A stretch of DNA of 64,000 bases from Octopus sinensis (taxonomy: Eukaryota), in the NCBI RefSeq assembly GCF_006345805.1, contig NC_043009.1:29202001-29266000 (forward strand). The letters are read 5' to 3'. Within the stretch, counting starts at the first letter, position 1, and every line of letters begins with the position of its first letter. Positions 56,148 to 64,000 of this stretch are shown piece by piece. The translations under genes were made by a program, and so were the position numbers. The notes beneath the pieces are model-generated. The model was given only the letters and a program-made list of their open reading frames with translations, ran no database searches and was not told where the DNA came from.

Positions 56148-56559
56148 ATCATCTTGTGTTTCTTCTCAAAAGTGTAAAGTGAAAAATATACAGCCACGTC
56201 AGAAGTATGTAGAGTCAGATGTTTATTCAAATTGTTGAACTGAATTCATTTCCTTGTGCCTAAAGAATCGGTGTAGCTGTCGTTAAGCAAACTCACACTT
56301 CAGCGAGCAGGAAATAAGGTATTTCGGACTCACAGCTTTAATTATTGTCGACTGTAAAAAACATTGCCTTCGGACATAAGGACCCATTTTAGAAATAGAT
56401 AATTACAACACTCTACACACACAAATGTATGTATATGTGTGTATGTACGTGTGTATATAGAAATATATAATTTGAATGTGTATATATATATATATATATA
56501 TTTGGATAATATCATACTAAATTCTGGTGCCTTTAACTTAAGTACCATATCAAACTGAA

Positions 56560-56629
<70 letters not shown>

Positions 56630-56659
56630 ATACACACACACACACGTATATACGCACAC

Positions 56660-57032
56660 ATATTCTTTTATTCTCTTATTTGTTTAAGTTATTTGACAGT
56701 GGCCATGCAGGAGCACCATCTTTAGTTGAAGAAATCGACCCCTGAACTTATTCTTTGTAAGCCTAGTACTTATTCTATTGGTATCTTTTCGCTGAACCGC
56801 TAAGTTACGGGGACGTAAACACATCAACATCGGTTGTCAAATGATTGTGGGAGGACAAATACAGACATACATATACACACATACATATATGATGAGCTTC
56901 TTTCAGTTTCCGTTTACCAAGTCCACTCACAAGGCTTTGGTCGACCCGAGGCTAAAGTAGAAGATGCTCAAGATGCCACGCAGTGAGACTGAACTCGGAA
57001 CCACGTAGTTGGGAAGCAATTTTCTTACCGCC
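56660..57032 (-). mobile_element. tRNA-derived SINE, family A
   Basis: Colinear with 32815-33248. Confidence 0.9.
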
Positions 57033-57545
57033 TATATATCTCTTATTATAAAAGGCAGATTTTATCTGCCTCCCTTTGGGAGTTATAGAAATCTACAATA
57101 TAGGATTTCTTCAATTACAATTTACCTAGCATTTTTAAGAGTACAATGCATCGCGTCATGCCAGGTCCAGTTTTTAAAATTTAAACTCCAATTAAGCAAA
57201 ATTTACAGAAAACTCACATTCTGGTGTGTGTGTCAAATGCTTTTCTTAGTCTGGTTTACACCACACGCAAACGCACACACACAGTGGGCAACGAATAAAA
57301 TGAAAGTAATTCACTTACTGTAGTGAGTGATTCTTTCACTCTGCCTCCTACTTCCTCTTTCCACACATACACACGCAAATATATAAATAAAATTGTAAGC
57401 TAACGTGCGTGTGTGTGAGTGTGTGTGTGTGTGTGCGCGTGTGTGTGTGTGTGAGGGTGCGTGTGTGTGTGTGTGCGTGTGCGTGAGTGTGTGACAGGAA
57501 AGTTTTTTACGACGAATATAAGACCTATATCCAAGTAGCAGAAAG

Positions 57546-57810
57546 ATAAGACAGTAAGGTGTGATTTGAGGGAGATTTGGCTGCTATTTCTACCATGTCT
57601 AGCTGCCATGTAGGGGTCTCCCTCATAGGCTCATACATACATATATACATAGATAAGACAGTAAGGTGTGATTTGGGGGAAATTTGGCTGCTATTTCTAC
57701 CAGGTCTAGCTACCATGTAGAGGTCCCCCTCATTGGCTCATATATATATACATGCATAAGACAGTAAGGTGTGATTTGAGGGAGATTTGGCTGCTGTTTC
57801 TACCAGGTCT
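57546..57810. repeat. Three tandem copies of a ~105-bp unit
   Basis: ataagacagtaaggtgtgattt..gatttggctgctatttctacca at ~57546, ~57652 and ~57755. Confidence 0.9.
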
Positions 57811-58171
57811 GTTAGGCCTTCTCATGTAAACTCAAGCTTTCTCATGCCTTGAACATAAGACCAAAGCAGAGGATGTATTCTTTTATTCTTCTGCTTTTTC
57901 CATCCATTGGTCTGTGGCCATGCTGGGGCAATGCCTTGAAGAATTGTAGTTTAATGAATCAACTCCAGTTTTATTTTTGTAAGCATTGTACTTATTCTAT
58001 CTGTTTCCTTTGTCAAACCACTAGGTGACAGGGATGTAAACAAACCAACATTCGTTGTCAAGCAGTGGTGGAGGACAATCACAAGCACAGACACGCACAC
58101 ACACACACATACATGCATACACATATACACACATACATACATACATACATATATATGTGTGTATATATATA

Positions 58172-58430
58172 TTGCAGCGTGGAAGGTGTTTGTAAGCCAT
58201 TTAAGAAACACACAAAAACCGTTACATTCACTTCAAAATTTAAATTTAATTTGCCAAAATATTTTCGTCGCTTTGAGACCGCGACCTGTTCACTGACAAA
58301 AATATCGTGCTAACAGGTCGCGGTCTCAAAGCGAGGAAAATATTTTGACAAATTAAATTTAAATGTTGAAGTGAATCTAACGGTTTTTGTGTGTTTCTTA
58401 AATGGCTTATAAACACCTTCAACGCTGCAA
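58172..58430. mobile_element. Foldback element (119-bp arms, 21-nt loop) with G3-C8 HHR variant at 58250-58300 (minus strand)
   Basis: Arms 58172-58290 and 58312-58430 are near-perfect reverse complements; minus strand UUUGUCA GUGAACA G GUCGC..GCGAC GAAAAUAUUU UGGCAAA. Confidence 0.85.
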
Positions 58431-58490
58431 CTGTTTTCGTTCCAGCACACGATCTCAGATCAAGTCACTTGCTATGCAAGTACATCTCTG

Positions 58491-58529
<39 letters not shown>

Positions 58530-58592
58530 TGGTAAAAACAGTAAGATAACAAAAGAAAGAAAGAGACCTCAATATTATGTAAATAGAGGAAA

Positions 58593-58987
58593 TCTTTATA
58601 TATAAAAGTGAGGTTGTGTGTCTGTCTCCTACGATTTAGATTCCTAACTACTCCCACATTTTGCGGTGCAGTTTAACCAAAACCGGGTATCTTATAGTCG
58701 TGATTCATATCGAGACCGTCTGGGTATTAGCGCGCGTCTACGATGAGTCTACGATTTAAAAAAAAAATTACCATCAATTTTTCCCATTTTTAATCCATTT
58801 TTGACATATATAAGGGAAGTAACTCTCTAAAATTTATTATTAAATCTCAGAACGTAAAAAGCTACAGTAACACCCCTCCCCCTTCGTGGTTAGCCATATT
58901 GAGATGGCTATTATACTTTGCATCTCTAAAAATGCTTATATAATTATTTCCCTTACAAACCCGAGCAACGCCGGGCGATACTGCTAG
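58593..58987 (+). mobile_element. Non-autonomous Helitron-like element
   Basis: A|TC start (tctttatatataaaag), 3' hairpin cccgagcaacgccggg 8 nt before CTAG|T, no TSD. Confidence 0.8.
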
Positions 58988-59085
58988 TATATATATATAT
59001 ATATATATTTGATTTTGATTTTGATTTTTCCAGTTTCAGCTCATGAGCTGTGGCCATGCTAGGGCACCGCCATTTATATATATAT

Positions 59086-59143
<58 letters not shown>

Positions 59144-59314
59144 GGCAAAATGTCTGTCTGTCTGTCTGTGTGCGTGTCCCTTATACAAATCCACAATTTT
59201 TCTGTTAGAGGGCTCGCACTTTCTATGGTCATTCACAACCGTCCAAGGGTGGTCGTGCACATCTTTACATTTCCTCAGTCACCCCGCAAAACCATAAAAA
59301 ATCAATAAAAGTGA

Positions 59315-59954
59315 CATATTCTTTCCAACTGTTCATTAGCATTGTACAGGTATACATGGAGGCACAACTTGGTCCTTAACGTTATCTTCAATGCTATAAA
59401 GAACCAAATTCATCTCAACAACACTGAGAAAAAACCGTTGAAAGTACCATCTAGAGATTTCATTACCTTCGTGCGACCAGGTCAGCGGATCCGTTTCAAG
59501 AAGAAGATCAAGAAACTTTCTGAGAGAAATGAAAAGTGGAACGGCTATTGGGAAGTAACTGCAGATTTACCTGGGTGCCAGGTTTTCTTTCCCATCCCAG
59601 TTACGAAAAAACCCAGATATTTTGATGTGGTGTGAAAGAAAGAAAGTTGTAAATATAGTCGAGTTAACGGTTCCTCATAAAGATAATATGGACGCCGCTC
59701 GGGTTCGAAAATTGAACCGTTATATAAATCTCCTCGAGGAATGTGAAGACGCAGGCTGGAAAGCGGAACATTTTCCTATCGAAGTCGGATGTAGAGGGTT
59801 TGTTGGACACAGCGTGAGACGACTGTTGTTATCGCTAGTCCTAACTCATCGTAAAGTCAATACCACCATGACTGATATCCAATCTACAGTGGAGAAGGCT
59901 AGCCACTGGATTTGGTTAAAAAGAGATGATGAGCGATGGCTAGAAGGTTATTGA
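59315..59954 (+). pseudogene. 5'-truncated HERO-like non-LTR retrotransposon: end of CCHC knuckle plus restriction-like endonuclease
   Basis: HILSNC..RYTWRHN..KPDILMW..IVELTVP..RKLNRY..PIEVGCRGF..EKASHWIWLKR; one extra base near 59611 splits the two listed ORFs. Confidence 0.85.
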
Positions 59955-59978
59955 GTTTAATATCATTAACCAGCTGAT

Positions 59979-60089
59979 CTAGCAAGCGGGACCTCATATC
60001 AGTGAGGGGGGCCGGTGCGCATTGATGCCGTCGAGAGGTAGGCCTCGAAACGGCGCGCATTCTCTCCTGATGACCCCATACACTTGCTG
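59979..60089 (+). ncRNA. Candidate structured RNA with permuted hammerhead core in the HERO 3' UTR
   Basis: Six helices by eye plus GUC, GAAA and CUGAUGA in non-canonical order (see findings). Confidence 0.5.
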
Positions 60090-60300
60090 GCTTCGGCTTC
60101 CGCAATGTTTGCAAGACATTTGTGAATTGTCTATCCAAAACCTTAATCAAAACGCCCGAAACTTGATACGCCAATTGAATGCCAGCTAGCTGTATGAGAT
60201 TGGTCGGAGATTTGGACAGTACTCGCGTGTATGTGCGCACGCACGCAGCTGTATATGCATGCACTAGCACTATGACCCGGCATTGCGGGTCATAGTGCTA

Positions 60301-60342
<42 letters not shown>

Positions 60343-63300
60343 TATATGTCTATGCATGTGTATGCCTGTGAATATATGTAATAGCTATTAGTTCTTACCG
60401 TATCAACTGGTGTAGGCAAGAGTAAACACAGAAAAGCCGAATTAGTTTGCATAAAGAATTAAATAAAAAAAACCTCACTTTAGCTCCCAACTTCAAAGGA
60501 CAGTTAACTCCGAAGAGATTGCCTTAGATGTCAACAAGGGTACTCGTTAAGTTTTTACGTCCCTACTGCAACCATTCACCATTTGACATTTTTAGAAAAT
60601 CTTCATCAATGACGATATCACAGCAGATGCAAATCTAAAGGTATGAGTTGAAAATAGCTTAGTTACCACCTAGCAGATATTAGCAAGAGCATCAACAACA
60701 AACCGTAGTAGAAGGATATCGCGTATCTTTTCAGATTAAAATAGTTATTTGATAAACCTGCAAATTGCTACAACAATACACTATTTATAGTAGGCTTACA
60801 TCAATTTTTTGTTTGTTTACTCCTAAACCTGAATCCCTTCCCAGTTACTGAAATCAAAACCAGCGAAGTCGATAACCGTAATATGGTCTTCTTCTGCTGT
60901 CTATATAGCCATACTGTAAACTCTAGCATGATCATGACTTTTCTGTGGAGAAAGCTGTTTCAATGGACAGAAATATTAACTGGCAAAACGTGAAGGTTAG
61001 TTACGGTTACTTGACAAATGTGGAATGCATATTTACAGGACTTAGAAGTCTCTGCATAAAAATATGGAAACAAATAGTATCGAATAAGAGTGAAACTATG
61101 AACATATTGAGTTATGTCTCCTGGAATAGAATACAAACCTGAACCAACACCTTCTGTAAAGTATCTGCAGAATATTGGCATGTCCCCAGAAGGTCTAACT
61201 AAACTACTAAACACAAGACAACCATTTTATTTACGTTTACAAGGGTAGCTCTTGAAAAGCAAGTTATTGCCATCTGTGTTTCTTGCTAAATGTATATACA
61301 TCGTTGAAAGGCAATTTGATATGGTTTGCGTCTGAGAGACCATTCCTTCAAACACATAGTGTGTTAAAACACAATGTATATCAGAGCGAAGCGAGCATTG
61401 TTGCAACAGTGACTCATGAGAATGCCGGGCACGTTTTTCCCTTCCAGGGGCAGTCAGTGGCTGTGCACCCATTCGTTACCTGCTTAAACAAAATTCGTGC
61501 TTTGATATAATACATTCACTGGTTTTGCAGAAAGCTTTCCGGTTGCAAAAGCAACTCAGTGGACACAAATGAAACAGAAAGAAATCATGCTTTTCTATGG
61601 TGTATACACATTTTGTATGATCTACATATGTCAATTTTAATTTAATGCTGTTAAATACACATACACACACACACACCACACACACATACATATGCACACA
61701 CACACACATACACCCACACACACACGTACACACACACGTATATGCACGTTGGAATTCAACTCAGAAATATCAAATTCAGTGATCAAGACAAAGGAATTAT
61801 ATACAAAGATATATATGACTTCCAGTGCCATCTATTTATTTATTGCACCCTTTGTGGAATGCTTCCAGTCTAGAGGCAATCTTTTTATGTGATAGTTATT
61901 AAAGAAGAGGGAATACAGAGATGATCCATCAAAATATGACCTCCATCATTGCTGTGTATCATCATGAAGTAATGTAATCATCGATCTAAAATGCAGCAAG
62001 TCTGACGATAAAGCGATCTGAAGGGAATTCAGCTGTTGACCTTTACTAAACAATGCAGACATTTTGACTATCCTTTCTCAGATATAGAACAACATGACTA
62101 GGCAAACAATAATTTCTTATAGCTCCAAGCATCAAAGGATCTTTCACATTGTCTCGAACAGTAATTCATAACCGAAGAAAAATTCGGGTGTTCTAGTGAG
62201 AACATTGCTTAAGGTTGAAACATATTTTATCGTTATTCACAATAAATATTCTTGCCGGATTTCTTTTCTTTAATGTTGATTTCAAGAATATTAATATTAA
62301 AATAATAGAATGTTATACAATTCTTTTTATATTGCGTACCAGACTGCATCGTTGAGGTAAAATAGTAAAAAGGAAGAAAATGTAAAAAGAATATTACAGA
62401 AAGAAAGCTTTAGCACAGATGTTCTCACCCTGGGGTGGCTACTCACACTGGTTGTGTGAAATAGTATTTCAAGGTATGTAACGAAAAAGCTAAATTATTT
62501 CTTTATCGAAATCGTTTTTCAGAATAAAATTATTCATTAACACTTAAAAAACACAAGCTATATTCTATTAAGTATACCAAGATCATTATTATTCTACATT
62601 TGTATATTTAACCCTTAAGGATTATAACCAACCTGAGTGAATCTAGATTCAATTTCCTTTCTTCAACCAAATATGCCTGAATCTACAAGGAGACCTGTGA
62701 ACCATAACCAGCAAGAAAGGACTACATTTTTGGTAAAGTTATGAATAGAAAGCAAAAACAAAGAATTCTTGTATTTTATGTTCTCAATTGTGATTGACGC
62801 CCCTGGTTACAGTTTTATTTTGTGTGTTTGTTAATTGATCAATTTACATTCGAATTAAAAGGTTTTATTTCATTTTGACTTCAGTTTGTTTCTATATGGT
62901 GTGGAAAAAGAAATAAAGAACAGAAGTGTCGTATGTACACTGATATTTGTGGTAAATAAAAATGTCTTTCTAGGGCTGCGTGTAAAATGCTTATCAACAT
63001 TCATTAACAATTAACAGAAGCTTTGTTTACTGCACATAGTGTTTTCTATTTTGGTATTTAAATGAAAAAGAAAAGCAACAATTTATAGACACCGGGAGAG
63101 ACATATGACAAAATAGTTGGTGTATGTCAATCTGTGACCAGCCATCAAAAATGAAAGAAAAAAGATAATAATAAATAAACAATTATGCCATATTCATGAT
63201 GGTAACAATTTCTACCTTCTATTTGACAACTGGCAAATGGAAAAAAAAAAGAGAAGGGAGTCGTTATAGCAATTGACTCGGCATTCTGAAGTTACCACCA

Positions 63301-64000
63301 AAAATCCACCTTTTTGTAAGCTCATTAGAAGCTTCTAGAAAATCGAATCAGGTGGTGGCTTGACGCTGGTTGGTCAGTTAATCGGCCGATCGCGTGAAAT
63401 GACAGTGATCTCACGTGGTATCGGCACAGCTAGCCAGCGATTCGGTTTCAAATCTGCTACAGGGGTTATTTAGTTATTAGAAAATTGGTATTTCTGTCTT
63501 CATGTGTGATATAATTTTTGAAGTAAGCATGAAAATTAGTTTCCTAGGTGTGCAGAGATAAAAAATTTAGGTATTATGGGTTTATCACAACCATGCTAGT
63601 AACGGTAGATGCATAGGCACACTAAGGGTCTTTTGAAAAGGGGTAAAACGATGCAGACACATTGTTTTGATGCAGATATTACCCAAACTGCACCACATAC
63701 ACCTTCATTGCCTTAGCAATAAAAATAAACCAAATAATTAATATCACACATTGCTTCCCTCCTTGCTGTTTTTTGATAAAACATGTGTTTCAGTTTTAAT
63801 GCTTCAAAGCTTTACTATTTCTCGTCCACGTAATTGAATGTAAGATGGTTATGGAGTCCAGAAATATAATACGTGTGCAATGTAATTGTAAATCTGAGGA
63901 ATGTTAGTCTCGTTTAGATGATGTGTGAGACATATGTGAGATACTCGTATTACAAACCTCACAGATATTCGCAGAGAAATCGAAAGTGAAGGAGCAAAGA

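Larger units (their letters stand above)
59141..60301 (+). mobile_element. Helitron-like element enclosing a HERO fragment
   Basis: (tgtc)n near the 5' end; 3' hairpin gacccg-gcattg-cgggtc then CTAG|T; the 5' TC is not resolvable inside (TA)n. Confidence 0.55.

Noticed and set aside
57546-57810. CRISPR-like look of short repeats with spacers
   Set aside because: Eukaryotic context, ~100-bp units, microsatellite spacers and no cas genes.
59899-60270. 123-aa minus-strand ORF over the HERO 3' end
   Set aside because: Antisense to a retroelement UTR and Helitron sequence; no domain recognised.

Overview
AT-rich, microsatellite-dense animal DNA. The SINE families and (TA)n/(CA)n/(AAT)n load suggest an octopus genome; this is recognition from memory, not a search. 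I found no intact host protein-coding gene: almost all ORFs in the track are microsatellite translations. The window is intergenic or intronic and holds four recurring SINE families and decayed fragments of autonomous elements (hAT, mariner, Penelope RT, R4/Dong, HERO, L1/Tx1-like). It also holds Helitron-like elements, MITEs, several foldback hairpins and three recent tandem duplications. The main signal is hammerhead-ribozyme (HHR) motifs in several unrelated repeat families. These are a tRNA-headed SINE-like element with a Penelope-type HHR (5 copies), two foldback elements with HHRs at the apex (one with a G3-C8 swapped core), and further minimal HHRs. In the HERO 3' UTR, the three HHR core strands occur in a non-canonical, pseudoknotted order. 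All folds were done by eye and no activity is shown. Repeat boundaries are approximate.
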